The translations under genes and the position numbers were made by a program. From assembly GCF_009914755.1 (NCBI RefSeq), contig NC_060946.1: 64,000 bases of DNA; one strand, 5' to 3'. The stretch's first letter is position 1; each line of letters starts with the position of its first letter. This document shows, piece by piece, positions 44,368-61,610 of the stretch. This DNA comes from the human T2T-CHM13v2.0 reference genome, Homo sapiens. The notes under the pieces are model-generated. The model did not search any database. It saw only the letters and a list, made by a program, of their open reading frames with translations, and was not told the DNA's origin.

Positions 44368-46376
44368 TTGAAATGCATCTTGAAATGATTTAATACTGCA
44401 AATATGGCATCTCTGGCCAAACCCATCACTGACCTGCCCACCTCTTCTCGGACTCCTCACTGGCTCACGGCAGGCAAAGCCAGCACACAGGGTGATTTTT
44501 CTCTGCCTCCAACACACTCTAGTTCAAAAAAGTAGTTTGTGTGAAAGCTCCAAAAAAAGTTTCAGGAATCACTGGGGGCAAATTAAGTTTCAATCATTAA
44601 ATTATTGCTTTGCTATAATATCTGTATTTACCCTGAAATTCCCATTACAGAAAAAGATTAGAGGAAGACACAGAAAAAAAAAATTTAATATTCAACATGC
44701 AAAACAACCTTTAAAAGAAACATGAAATCATAAAGCAAAGCTAACAGCCAACCAACAAATACCGCCTAGCAATGATTTCCACTGGATGTGGAAGAGGGTT
44801 AATAAAGACGCTGTTGGTAACGCGTACAGAACTATCACTGGCAATCAGCATACTGAGCTATCCAGTGGAGGCCAGCATCGTGTTTTTGCTAAAATACATG
44901 TTGTAGAAGTCATAATTCATAGTGAAGAATCTCAACAGGTTTTCTTACAGATTTAATTACTCTCACACAAATAATTCATTTGGAAACCATAAAAGATACC
45001 TATTTACACCTAAACTGCCTGGCCTTCCAGAGCGGGGACTAAAGGGGCAGGGCGGGGAAGAAAGCGAGCGTGTCGCGGGCTCTGTGGGGTTGCAGGGTCA
45101 CTGTTATTTTGATCTGCTGAGCTCAAGGACTGGAAACGGAATAAAAATGCCTACTCGCCTTAGGCAGGATAAGAAGTTGTAAACTCACCCATCAGCAGCT
45201 GCCTCCACTTCTGAGGCTCCCCCTGCGGGAGGAGCTCTGAACCCAGCCCTGAGGCCACTCGGTGTCCCGAGGAGTGCTCCAGGGCTCGGAGAAGGGGCTC
45301 AGGGGTCCTTTTGCCACTGAGGATCAAGCCAGCCAGTGAAAAAGAAAAAACAAAAGCCCCAGCAGGTGCCCATCACCCGGCTCCCAGGGGTCATCTGCAG
45401 AGTCACGTGGCACTCTGGCCACTGCTGAAGAGCTGCTCTCCCTCGAAGGGCAGTGGCTGCCCCCTCCAGAGGCTGCTTCCATTCAAGCTCAAGGGCACGT
45501 GCCTTTCCTTATCTCGTGGAGTGTCCGTCCTATCAGGTGGTTGTTTGTAAAACAAAAGTACAGTCATTCTGCTTTCTGATACAGACTAGAGCAAGAGGAC
45601 AGGAAGAACCAGTGGGCTGTCAAGAGACACTTGGTTTTTGAAACAGGACATGAAAGCAAATCCCACCTAAATTCAAAAATTGAGGAAAACGTCAGTGAAA
45701 CCTGTTAAGTTCGCTAAAAAGTTGGCAGATGTTTCGTATGTCTTTAAAGGATTTTGGCCAACAACTTAAAACCACCATATTAGGACATGGTCCAGGCAGT
45801 CATTAGAATATACTGGCTGCACAGGGCCTTTCCTCTGGGACATCTTTTAATGAAAAAAAAAAGTTTTACTTTGTTCTTCAAAAGTCTTCTACTAACTAGT
45901 CTATTTATGATTAAAACAGCAAAAACAGATCCTGGTTTGAGTGCAGGTACATTCTTTGGGGGAGGGCACCTCAGGAACATGCATTTATACCCTTCCTGTG
46001 ACTCCGTGTAGAGGGAAGACTAACTCACAGTCCATAAGAATCCAAAAGTGAGCGGCGACTTCACTCAGCAACCCATCCTGCCTCCAAGCTGACTTGGCTA
46101 TAGAGTATCTTGCGTCCTTTTGTTCTCTTCTGACTACCTGTCACTCATGTTTTAAATAATCTTCTTTTGAAATAATAAGCCTTAGCTGGCTTTGCAGGCA
46201 ACTAGGCACTTCCAGCAGGACATGAGAATGTAAGATGGCCACTACCGGAACTTACAGGTGCCAAAAGAAGAAAGGGTATAAACGGAGACCACCTATCACT
46301 CATCAGAACCTAGGATCATCACATTCCTTTAAATGGAAAAGCCCACCCTACAACTTTCTTTTTAATGTTCTAAAAA

Positions 46377-46899
<523 letters not shown>

Positions 46900-49587
46900 C
46901 ATGCATTAGTCTTCCCCGCATTACACAAAAGGCAGGTGTGTTCCCAGAAAAATTAAAGATGGTCTTACAAGAAGTACAAATGTGCCAACACCAGGACTTT
47001 GGGGACCCTGGTTCTGGCCCTGCCACTTGTTACTCTATTACTTTATTCCACATGTCATCTGTTACTTTGGAAAAACAAACCTGGGAGTAACACCTTACTG
47101 TCTGGTTCTCAAGTGGCTAAGTGGCTCTGAGCAAGTTTTAAATCCGGCATCGCAAGTACCCTTTGGAGAGGGATTTAGGGCCTGAGAAAGGCAGACTCCA
47201 CCGAGTGTCTGTCCATCTGTCCGGACAGCACCATGTGGCTCAGCATGCAGGCCAGGCCGCGTGCCTGGGTTTGACTCCCATCGCCGGCCCCTGCTGTTAG
47301 TTCCGGACAGTTCCTTGGTGCCTGTGTGCTGGTTTTCTCGTCTGTAAGATGGGGTCGGACAGGCAGCTGCACATGGTAGGCGCTGTGTGTCGGCTATGAA
47401 ACCACCAGCCCACCGCGTGCCCTGTTCACATGCCTTACAAATTGAGGGCTGATCTCTAAAATAGCATGATTTGTACACGTTTCTGTGACCAGCGAGCCCT
47501 TTCACACATCACTGTGACTGGTCCTCATGGTCACCCTGTGAGGGGGGCAGCATTTTTGCCATCTTACAGACGGGGAGCCCAGCTTGCTCTGAGCCATCCA
47601 GCAGTGCTGGCCAAGCCTCCGAGCTTGGCCAAATGCTGGCCCCAGAGGAGACAACCTTCTCCCGCCCCTCACCTCTGAGAACAGAGGGCGGGCCGCTGTG
47701 CTCCTCACAACCTGGACTGCCTCATCTTCCCACGGACGAGCTGTCAGGGCTGTGTTTCTCCCAAGATCCCCAGAACAACCAGGGGAAGAGTTCCTGAAGA
47801 AATGGGTGTATTTTAGCCACATGGACTCAAACTTGGAAGCAGCATTTGGCATCCCCGGAGAGCACTCAAATGGGGCTGGACCATGCTCGGGGCTCCCTGA
47901 GGCTCTGTCCCCACACTTTGGGGCATGACATGACCTGGCTCTGTGCTGCCCTAAGACATGGGTTTAGGAACATGAAATCGTGCAGAGCTGAGCTGTCAGG
48001 CCTGAGCAGACACTGCTGGGGGAGAGAGAAAGTTCACATCCCCCCACCAAGCACGGTCTCAGATTAGGTTATTACAAAGGGCGAGGGGGAGGAGGGCATC
48101 CCAGGAGTCTAACATCCAACCCGACCTATGCAGAATGACGGGTGACCACGCCCTGACCCAGCCACACACTTGAACCCTGGGACTTCAGTGAGGTAGGTGG
48201 TATCAGCCCCATTTCACAGGTGGGCAAACTGAGGCAGAATGAAATGCAATAGCTCGCTTTTAATAACAACATACAAAAGTCTGGAGAAAGCCCCAAAGTA
48301 GTCCCCTGTTCCCAGAGCCCAAAGAATAAACAGATGGGAGAACAAGACCCTCCTCTTCCTTTTCCCCCACAGAGAAGATCCCTAAACACATCACCGGAAC
48401 CCCTCAAATATTCCTGGGAACTTCAAACAAAAAAACATAGCAACAAAGAGACCCAGCTTCCAGTTTATTCCCAGTTGGGTAGGGGACAGGCCTGCTCTCG
48501 GGGAGGGTACCGTGCATCCTTGCAGATGGAAACGCCTTCATGCTGGACCAGGCCGAGGGCAGGCCTGGGGCTGGGCAGCTGCTCACACGAACCAATGGGG
48601 GTGCCCATGTGAGCCTCTGAGCAACTCCTCTGCCTCAGTGAGCTGGTCTGAGAGATGGGACCAACACACGCCGTCAAAGGAAGTGAGTTCTAGGAAACCA
48701 GGGAAGATGAAAAGACACCCCCGCCCCCAGAAGACGGGGTCCCACCTAGAACCTTCCTGGGAGGATGCCAGCCCCACCCCACATCAGACACCCTTTGGCA
48801 GATATCCTGTTCTGCCTGGCTACCGAGGCCTCCCGACTACCCTCAGAATCCAAATTCTGCAGGTTCCTCCGTGCGAGGCCCAGCGTGGGATGTCCCAGGT
48901 TGGAGGTGTGCGTGTTGGCGGTGTTCTTTGGCTGGAAGCAAAAGGCCGTTCTGGCGGGATCGGGGCCGTCTGCTCAGCTGGAGGCCTTTCTGGAACTGGG
49001 CGTGGGTGAGGTATTCCCAGCCCAGGGCAAAGCCATCAAACTTCTCGTGTTCCCATCTCCTATTAGAACAAAGTGGTAAACTGGGGAGGATGAGCTGGGA
49101 CTGACTCGGGTGCTGAAGTTCATCCGCACGGCATTCCAGAATCTTCCACCGGCTTTCCTCAAGAACATGTGGACAGTCCAATGCACTGAGTGCCCTGGCT
49201 GGGTGGTTCCGCCTGCTGCTGGGGGGACGTGAACATAGACCCGCCGCTCTGGCCCCGCTCTGGGCATCAGCTGCTCCTTCCGCTCTCTCTCATGGCCGCT
49301 CGGCATCTCTAGTCCTCTTTGGGTGCAGAGGGCTCTCCAGAGATGGGTGGGGGGCGATGGGCGGGGGGCACAGGGCGGAGCAGCGCCAGCAGGGGAGGGA
49401 AGAGGCACTTCAGTTTGGGCTGGTGTTCGTGGAGTCGGCCCCGGCCCCGGGAGTCGAGTGGCCTCGCCTGGCTGCGGCTCCAGCACTGGCGTGCCATCGC
49501 AGACCCCGGTGGCGGTGGACAGGTAGGCACTTGGCAGCACTCCGAGGGCTGGGCCCGGCCGGGGCTCTGCGCAGGCTCCGCACGCGG

Positions 49588-49628
49588 CTAGGTCATCAGG
49601 ATGGGCTTCTGCCGAACTTCCAGGATGT
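49588..49628 (-). CDS. KIAA0930: KIAA0930 last coding exon: (D)ILEVRQKPILMT*
   Basis: Acceptor ctag|AC; TAG at 49590-49588; phase consistent. Confidence 0.92.
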
Positions 49629-49755
49629 CTAGGGCCGGCAGGAGGGAAGCAGGTGAAACAGTAACCCTCAACAGCGGTGAGTGCTATGGTCACGGCAGTG
49701 CCACTTCTGAAGGAAGCCCGCCTCAGCCACTCATGCATCTCCTCTCCAGGCCTCA

Positions 49756-50601
<846 letters not shown>

Positions 50602-50815
50602 TCATCTCTCTCTTCTCTGTCACAAGCTTAGTCTCCTCCGGGGGTTCTGGCACACACACTGTGTAATTCTCTGCTTCTGCAGGCCCTGTCCCTGGAACTA
50701 GGCACCGCCACCTGCAGAGCATGGGAGCAGCAAGGCTGAGCCGACCTGCACCATTACCCAGTCCTGCGGTCCAGGCTGGGGGAACCTGCCCCAGAGAGGC
50801 AGACTAGGGCAGTGA

Positions 50816-51362
<547 letters not shown>

Positions 51363-52184
51363 AATCCTTCACTTCCATACACTCAACAGACACGCACACA
51401 GTGCGGAGCCAGGCGCCCGCTGGGTCCTGAGGATGACAGTGAGGAAGGCACGTGGTCCATGCCAGCAGAGCATGGCAGAACTTCCCAACCTGTCTGTGAC
51501 GGCCACGCCTGTCCCCAGGAGCCATTTCCCACAGAGACTGCTGAGTGGCATTTTAAATATGCTAATCTGATTGTGTCACTCCCTTGCTTAAAACCCCTCA
51601 GAGGCCTCCCTGGGGGCTCTGGGAACAACTCCTGTATTCTGGAAGGTCACTGAGCGAGGACAGGGAGCAGGCACGGGTGCTCAGGAGAGAGTGCAGACTG
51701 TGCCTGGGCAGGACTAAGGGGCATGGTAACACCCAGATACAGACAACCGGAGTCCAGGGGACAGGGGCACAGGAAGGTCCCGGGGATAGGCTGCACGAGG
51801 TGGCGACTGTGTCACCAAAGAGCACGTGGTTCTGGGAGGCTGCACAGAGCCAGGAGGGCCAGGCCTCACCCTGAGGGCGAGCTGGCCCAAGGCAGCGCAA
51901 GGGAGGGAAGCCCTCCTCTCTCCCGCCACACCCCGTGTGTGCGGAGCCATCAGATCACCCATCCGCTTTCTTCCTTAAGCAGGCTGAAAAGCCTTAGAAA
52001 GGTGGGAAATCCCCTGAAACTGACCAACTGCTGCACATCTGCGCTCCAAGCACTCTGCCAAGGAGACGCCTGAGCCCACCAGGACGGGACCCCCAGAGGC
52101 AGCCATTTCTGCCTGTCCCCAGCTCTACCCCTCAGCTCCTGGAGGGCTGCCTGGCACATGGCACCCACTCTCTAAGTGCTGCTG

Positions 52185-52220
52185 AATGAACAAATGAATG
52201 AATGAATAAATGAATGAATG
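52185..52220 (+). repeat. (TGAA)n simple repeat, probable L2 tail
   Basis: cctggcacatggcacccactctctaagtgctgctgaatgaacaaatgaatgaatg. Confidence 0.65.
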
Positions 52221-52234
52221 ACTGGTCTGGATCA

Positions 52235-52516
<282 letters not shown>

Positions 52517-53079
52517 CTATCCCACCCTCAAACAACCTGACACAGCTCCCAGGGAAGAGGCCGCTGGCCCAGGAGGACCCAGGCCCAGCCGGCCCGTGCT
52601 AGGTGGGGCCTAGAGACTGGAAGATGCGTTCCAGCCCAGGGGCCAGCAGGACACCTGGCCACCAGTGCTACCCGAGGAGGGGCCAGGCTGCTGCCGCAAA
52701 TGGCAGAAAGACCCCCCTCCTCTGGGCCTCAAACAGTGGGTAGGGGGTGTTCAAGCACAAAGTAACAACAGCTGCTGACACTGAGTGAGCACTGGCCCCA
52801 CACACAGACCCTCTGAGCCTCCAGCTCCGTGAGACAGGGGCTAGCGTCAGCCCATCTGACACATGGGGAAACTAAGGCAGGGACCGAGACCCTGGCTTGC
52901 CTGTGGTCACCAAGCAGGACGGCAGCAGCCCTGTCTTCTGTCCCCCAGGGCCACGCTCCTCATCCTACTTCTCAGGGCTGACGTGGCCCCATCCCTCTCA
53001 TTCCCAGCACCCTTCACAGGAAATACTGTGCTAAGTGGCTCTATGCCTCTGTCTTCTCCCCACTTCTAATCACGTTTGG

Positions 53080-53410
53080 TTCTGTTCACCAAACATTCAC
53101 ACCCACTCAGGGCCAGGCAGGCACAGCACTAAGGACAGACAGGCACATTGCAGGTCCCTGCCCTCAAGGAGCTCACAGTCTGCTGGGGTGACAGACTCAG
53201 AGAGTGACAACCATAGACAGCATGCTGGCTGTGGAGACAGAGAAAGAGAAGCACAGGATACATGAAGCACAGAGGCAAAAGGGATCCACAGCCTGGGAAA
53301 TCAGGGAAGGCTTCCTGGAGGAGATGCCGCTGGAGCTGGGTCTTGAAGGACGAGTAGGAGTTCGCCAGGTGAAGAAGGGGGGGAAGGGCGTTCCAGCCAG
53401 AGGGAACTTG
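53080..53410 (-). mobile_element. LINE-2 3' fragment overlapping MIR1249
   Basis: ggtccctgccctcaaggagctcacagtct and agggaaggcttcctggaggag...gggtcttgaaggacgagtaggagtt are classic antisense-L2 motifs. Confidence 0.75.
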
Positions 53411-53431
53411 GCCCATCTCCTCCCTCCTCCC
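53366..53431 (-). ncRNA. MIR1249: pre-miR-1249 (3p 53370-53391, 5p 53405-53428)
   Basis: Reverse complement GGGAGGAGGGAGGAGATGGGCCAAGTTCCCTCTGGCTGGAACGCCCTTCCCCCCCTTCTTCACCTG matches the recalled hsa-mir-1249 hairpin; intronic and sense to KIAA0930. Confidence 0.92.
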
Positions 53432-55218
53432 CATGCCAACAATAATCTGAGGAGCAGGATGAGCTGGGACTGAGACTTCGGGAGCCCCGTCAGCCTCCTC
53501 GTCACGGCTCCGACATCCACCAAAGTCCTGGCAGCTGCTGGGCTCCAGACGGTGTTCCCACAAGCCGGGGAAGGTTTTTAAAAGATAAAAGAAACAAACA
53601 GCAGCAACCACAATACACAGAGTCAGCATGTGTCACGCACTGGCTCCAGACGACCCCGCCAGAGAAGGAGACAGGTAATAGCAGGCGCACAGGCGGCAGT
53701 CCCCAGGGGCCAGCCCTGCTGCTGACCCTGTGTGACCCTAGCACATCCCTCCTCCTGAATCCCAGGGCTGCCCAGCTGCTAAGGCACCAGGGACTTTCAC
53801 ACCCCTCACAGCCACTCCCGCTGGACAGATGGGAAAACCAAGGCTCAGGCAGGTCTAGTGACCTGTAGTCACTCAGCCCTCAGGCTGTGGCTGGAGGTGG
53901 CACCCGGGTTTGTCCAGCCCAGAGCTCGGGCCACATCTTCGTAAGGACTTTCACACACACATTTTGTCAGAGTCCCAGGGCATAATTTAGGACCAGGGAG
54001 AAGAACCAGGCCCTTTATCTCGGAAACAAACTCAGAAATATAAACCACCTCATTCCAAAGACAAGAGAGGCCCCTGCCTGGAATTCTCACCCATCTTTGC
54101 AAAAAATAGCACTTGCTGTCTTTGGCTTGCAAAACACATTCATTGCAGAAGATACCTCCCCCCCAAAAAAAGATATACAGAAGAGAAAGAAAACCAACAT
54201 CTGACCACCCGGAGATATGCATGATTCAGATCTTTCTCGAACTAAAAGTATAACAAACGCACACTCCCTCATCTCAGGCATGCCTGCGGTAATGCATCGT
54301 TTACATTCCCACGCCTCTGCTTTCCAAGTAGGTCAACAGCAACTACTGCAGCTGCCACCTGGGAATCCTCCTGAGGGCCAAGCCCCGGATTCCTCAAAGC
54401 CTCCCAAATACTGAAGGAGCAGGTATCCTCGTGCCCTGTTTCTAGATGAGAAAACTGAGGCTTGGAGAGGAAAAGAGACACACCCAAGGTTATGAGAGCA
54501 GCAGAGCAGGATTCTGGCTGTGGGTGGCGTCTCTCCTGGACAATGGCTGGGCAAGACTGCCCCTGGACCTGTGCCAAGGGCACCCCCCTGCCCAGCACAC
54601 CTGTACTCTTCCAAGAACTACAGCTCTGGGCAGTCCCTCTGGAAGAACCAGGTAGAGCAAAGCAGCCAGTGGGCTGGAGACCTTCTCCTGCCTGTGCCCC
54701 ACCAAAGGCTTCTGGGAACAAAGCTGCTGCTGACCTCAGCCTCCCGCCCTGGGGAAGGAGAGTGGCCTAGGCAGAGCAGGGCCCCAAGCCCAGTGCTATC
54801 CCAAGAGACCTTGTGACCTGGGGCAAGCTGGCAAGTCTGGTTTCCGGCTGTGCGAGGCAGGAACGCCTCTCCTGCAGCAGAACCTCCTACAAACCGCGGG
54901 GCAAAGAGCTGGGTGGCCTAGGCCTCTGCATGCGCTGGCTGACCCTCAGTCACCATCATCCCCATCTGACTCACCGGGGAAGGCCGGCCACGTGCCCACG
55001 CTCACCCAGCAGGTCCACCCAGGCAGGCGCCAGGGCCGGGCCTGGGTCCCCAGCCAGTCTCTTCTGCCCACTGGCTCTGTGGACTCAGCCTGGCTTTGTG
55101 GCATCTCAGGGAGGCAGAAAGAGCTCTGGCCCAGCACCAGCCTGCGGTGTGACCTTGGCCAGGCACAGCCCTCCAGGTCTGCAAGGCAGGAACGCCTCCC
55201 CTGCGGCAGTGCCTCCTA

Positions 55219-55623
<405 letters not shown>

Positions 55624-56151
55624 TCAGGGAGGTGGCGATGGCTCCATGGGGCCCCTCCCCAGGACATGAACAGCCAGGGCGACCATCCCTCAAGGAGCGG
55701 GGGCTGCCCGGGAGGGAGCGTCTGAGCTGGCAGGCGGGGCAGCTGGAATGGACCCACATCTCTGCCTGGTGCCCCTCCTGGTGCCCCTCCCACCGCCCCA
55801 TGAACCACGGACCAGGCTGAGGACAGGGCCCCAGGCTGGCAGCAAGGCTGGCTGCGGATGGTGCCCGCTGGGGGAGAGGGGCCTGCCCACATCTGCTTGC
55901 TTAGTTGGGGGCGACTCGGAGCACTCCCAGGGCCAGTCGCAGGAAGCAAGTGACAGTGAGGAGGTGACAGCGACACCATCAGCCATCACTTCCCAGGGAA
56001 CTAGAGACTGAGGAGGAAGTTCCCGCTCACATTTCAGATGAAGGCAAGTGGCCCGCATGGGCTGAGGCAGACCATGAAGAATGACGTTAAGAGGACCAGG
56101 GAGCGCCTAGAAGGAGCCCGGAGGGGCTGCAGGTACCCCTGGCGGCCGCTA

Positions 56152-56484
<333 letters not shown>

Positions 56485-57601
56485 TCAGAAAACCCCATTT
56501 TGCAGGGGACAACCGGCTGTCACACACTCCTGTGGCCCCATGCCCTCCGAGCCCCACAGGACAAGAACAGCCTCACACTGGGGCAGGGGCTGAGCAGCAG
56601 GGGAGGACAGGGACGCTTACGGAGACTCTGGGACTGGCAGAAGACGCACACCCTCATCACGGTTCACCAGGACCGTCAGCCACCGTCTGGGCCCCTCCAC
56701 ACCGCCTAGGGGTGCCCAGCCCTGCCTGCCACATCTTTGAGGCTCCTGTGTGGCCAAAGGCTCAGTGTGGTGGCAGGGTGACTGCCCACCTGGGGTGACA
56801 ACACCAGACTAAGGTGCCACAGGCCCCATCCTGCCACCTTCCCGAGTCATTGCTCCCAGGACCTGGTGCACAGACTGTGAGCTCCGAGGCCACAAAGACT
56901 TAGACGCAAATCTCAGCTCTGCCCTCTAGGAGCTACGTGTGCCTGGGGAGGGGACATGACCTCCCTGAGCCTGCGATTTTCCTGCAGACGCCCACGCCTT
57001 CCTCCTAAGTCCTCAGGGCCCTGAGCACCTTGGATGCGCACAAGGACCCCGACCAGGGCCTCAACAGAGGAGAGACACAAATGGGCAGAGCAGGGAGTGA
57101 GCTGCGACCGGCTCCCTCCCCGCCCTCCCAGTGCCCTGTGTTTCTCGGTGAGTCTCCTTCTGCCCAAGCCCGTTTCCCAAACCTTAAAACAAAGGCTTGG
57201 CCCAGATAACTCCGGAAACCCCATCCCTCTTTGACATCCTAGGATTCCAAGTCAGTGCAGGCGTGGAGGCGCTTCTTTATCATTTACTAGCATTAATAAT
57301 GGCTCCTCCCGCCCGGGCAGTGCTTCTTGCAAGAGTTTATGAGGCGTCCTCCCACTCAGGAGCCTTTTAGTCTTCAGCCCTGACAGTAAGTAGGACAGAT
57401 GATCATGACACTGATTTTACAGAGGAGGAAACGGAGGCTGCGCCGGGGAAATTCACCTGCCCACAAGCAAACACTGGGAAGAGAGAGAGCCACATCTGCC
57501 TCAGCCGGACTCTTCCCGGCTCCAAGCCACCCATGCCTTTCTGCAAGGCTAAGGCCGCGGGGAGAAGCGCCTAACACCCATCTCACGAGAAGGGGAAGCT
57601 A

Positions 57602-58387
<786 letters not shown>

Positions 58388-58439
58388 CTACTATGCAGGC
58401 ATTACGATGGACAAGGACTCCAATTCTTTTTTCTTACTA

Positions 58440-58918
<479 letters not shown>

Positions 58919-59114
58919 TGAGCTCTTAGTGGACGGCGGGGTCTGGGCTACACATTTTACAAATTATTAATCCTTTTAAAGCAACCCTGCAATGCAGGTA
59001 TCATTAGCCCCATGTTAACAGATCAGAGTCAAATTTACTGAAGATCAATAATAAATACATATCAGAGAGAAACCAAAGCATGTCTACACCTCTCCTGGGA
59101 GACGGGCTTCCAAT

Positions 59115-60036
59115 TTTTTTTTTTTTTGAGACAGAATCTCACTCCATCCGTCACCCAGGCTACAGTGCAACACATCTTGGCTCACTGCAGTCTCCGCCTC
59201 CTGGATTCTAATGATTCTCCTGCCTCAGCCTCCTGAGTAGCTGGGATTACAGGCACGTGCCACCACACCTGTCTACTTTTTGTATTTTTGGTAGAGACAG
59301 GATTTCACCATGTTGGCCAGGCTGGTCTCGAACTCCTGACCTCAGGTGATCTGCCCACCTCGGCCTCCTAAAGTGCTGGGATTACAAGCATGGGCCACCG
59401 TGCCCGGCCTCAATTTATTTCTTATTTATTGTTTTGAGACGGAGTCTCGCTCTGTCACCCGGGCTGGAGTACAGTGGCACAATCTTGGCTCACTGCAACC
59501 TCTACCTCCTGGGTTCATGTGATTCTCCTGCCCCAGCCTCCCAAGTAGCTGGGATTACAGGTGTCTGCCACCACACCTGGCTAATTTTTTTCTGTATTTT
59601 TAATAGAGAGGGGGTTTCACCATGTTGGCCAGGCTGATCTCGAACTCCTGACCTCAAGTGATCTACCCACCTCGGCCTCCCAAAGTGCAGGGATTACAGG
59701 CATGAGCCACTGCACCCGGCCTCAATTTATTTCTTATTTTTTTATTTTTTTGAGATGAAGTCTTGCTTTGTCACCCGGGCTGGAGTACAGTGGCACAATC
59801 TTGGCTCACTGCAACCTCTACCTCCTGGGTTCACGTGATTCTCCTGCCCCAGCCTCCCAAGTACCTGGGATTATAGGCGTCTGCCACCACACGTAATTTT
59901 TTTTTTTTTTTTTAATAGAGACGGGGTTTCACCATGTTGGCCAAGCTGATCTCAAACTCCTGACCTCAAGTGATCTACCCACCTCGGCCTCCCAAAGTGC
60001 AGGGATTACAGGCGTGAGCCACCGCGCCCAGCCTGG
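59115..60036 (-). mobile_element. Three tandem Alus (59115-59408, 59415-59721, 59728-60036)
   Basis: Head-to-tail antisense Alus; the 2nd and 3rd are nearly identical. Confidence 0.9.
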
Positions 60037-60479
60037 CTTTCAATTTTGAAGCAGCTGTGCTGACTGGGGGCCTCTGGTCCCGGTCCTGGGTGCTCTCACT
60101 GACTCGGGCTCCGAGGGGCTGGGCACTGCTGGGCCCTCTTGCAGGTGCACAGGCCTGCACCCCCCAAAGGCAGAGCTGGGATCTATGGAAAGAGGTGCAA
60201 GAGGCCAACCTTGCCTAGGAGCGAGAAACAGACGTCCCCGGGTCGGGGGGCCCCACTTCCACCGCCTGTATGGTTCTGCAGTCACCCCGAGCCCCTGAGC
60301 TGAGAGTCCTGGGGTTCACAAGACTCTGCTGTTCCTCCTGGTCTCGCTTCATTGACCTGTTCATTTGCTTTTGCTCAGCAAAGCGCTGTGGACTCAGTGA
60401 ATGAAAGGCTCGGGGGCACGATCACACGGCTGTTCGGGGCAGCACCACAGCACAGGCAGGCGAAAGAGCAGGTTCCCCA

Positions 60480-61170
60480 TCAGAAAGGTGTCCGTGTGCG
60501 CACCAAAGCCAGGCCCAAGAGGACACTGGGAGCTGCCCGGTACCCACTGACAGGAGGGTGGCCAGGCCGCCATGGTACACTCTGCAGGCATTACACAGCA
60601 GTGAGACCAGATTACAACCACCTGTGTCAACAGGCATGACTCACAAACATGACATGGGGAGAAAGAAGCCTGAAACAACATATACTGCCCGATTCCAATG
60701 TATGAGCTGTGAGAACAGGCAGAACCACCGACTCCACACACATGAGCTGTGAGAACAGGCAGAACCACCGACTCCACATGCACGAGCTGTAAGAACAGGT
60801 AGAACCCGCCAACTCCACACACACGAGCTGTGAGAACAGGCAGAACCCAACTCCACACGCAGGAGCTGTGAGAACAGGCAGAACCACCGACTCCACACGC
60901 ACGAGCTGTAAGAACAGGCAGAACCCACCGACTCCACATGCAGGAGCTGTGAGAACAGGCAGAACCCGCCCGGGAAGTTTGAGGAGACAGAGCAGCAGCT
61001 GCCCAGGGGGAGGTTGAGCCCTGGGGTGGGGTGAAGGGGCCTCGGTGTTCTCATCACACTCTGTATCTGGGGGCTGGTGAAACCAGGTGTTCAGTCTAAG
61101 AAGAATCAAACTGTGTACACGTCTGTGTTTTTCTGTATAGACGTTATATTGAAAACAATCTACTAAAAAG
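60480..61170 (+). mobile_element. Degenerate L1ME-like 3' end hosting a minisatellite
   Basis: tacccactgacaggagggtgg, catatactgcccgattccaatgtat, gtatagacgttatattgaaaacaa resemble an ancient L1 3'UTR. Confidence 0.5.
60704..60970 (+). repeat. Minisatellite, ~6.7 copies of a 38-41 bp unit
   Basis: Unit gagctgtgagaacaggcagaaccaccgactccacacgcac starting at 60704, 60744, 60784, 60825, 60863, 60903, 60944. Confidence 0.95.
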
Positions 61171-61300
61171 GAAAAAGTGAGACTGGGGACAGGGCTTCGC
61201 CGCTGGCAAACTGTGTGACCCCAGGAAGCTTCCTCCCCGTCTCTGAGCTTTGGTTTTCTGAGTGGGTGTGAAGGTGATCGGCACCTTAGGATCCTGAGGT

Positions 61301-61610
61301 GTCACGTGACCGTGAGACACAGGGCTCCAGCCACCAGCGCAGAGCCAGCAGCACACAGAGCCAGGTCCCCCTCCTGCCAAAGGCACACAATGGGCTGCCC
61401 AGGAACACAGAGCATTTTGTCCAGGGCTGGAGGAAACAGAGGGCAGGGAATCCAGGACATCCCTCCCTGGGAAAGGCTGGACTGGGGATGTCCCTTGGGC
61501 CCTGGAGCACTCGGGGTTCCTGGCATCCTGTCCCCCTGACACTGCAGCTCCTGCCCATCCACGCTCCCCTGCTAGGTGCAGGAGGCCCGGCTGGTTGCTA
61601 TGGCAACCGG
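61301..61610. promoter_or_regulatory. Candidate intronic regulatory element (CLEAR/USF box plus RFX X-box)
   Basis: GTCACGTGAC 61301-61310; GGTTGCTATGGCAACC 61593-61608. Confidence 0.55.

Noticed and set aside
49309-49590. Stop-codon readthrough extension of KIAA0930 (~92 open codons after TAG)
   Set aside because: The TAG-CCG context is not the UGA-CUAG readthrough motif, and an open frame is unsurprising at this GC content.
60704-60970. CRISPR-like array
   Set aside because: Units are contiguous with no unique spacers, there are no cas genes, and the context is mammalian; it is a minisatellite.
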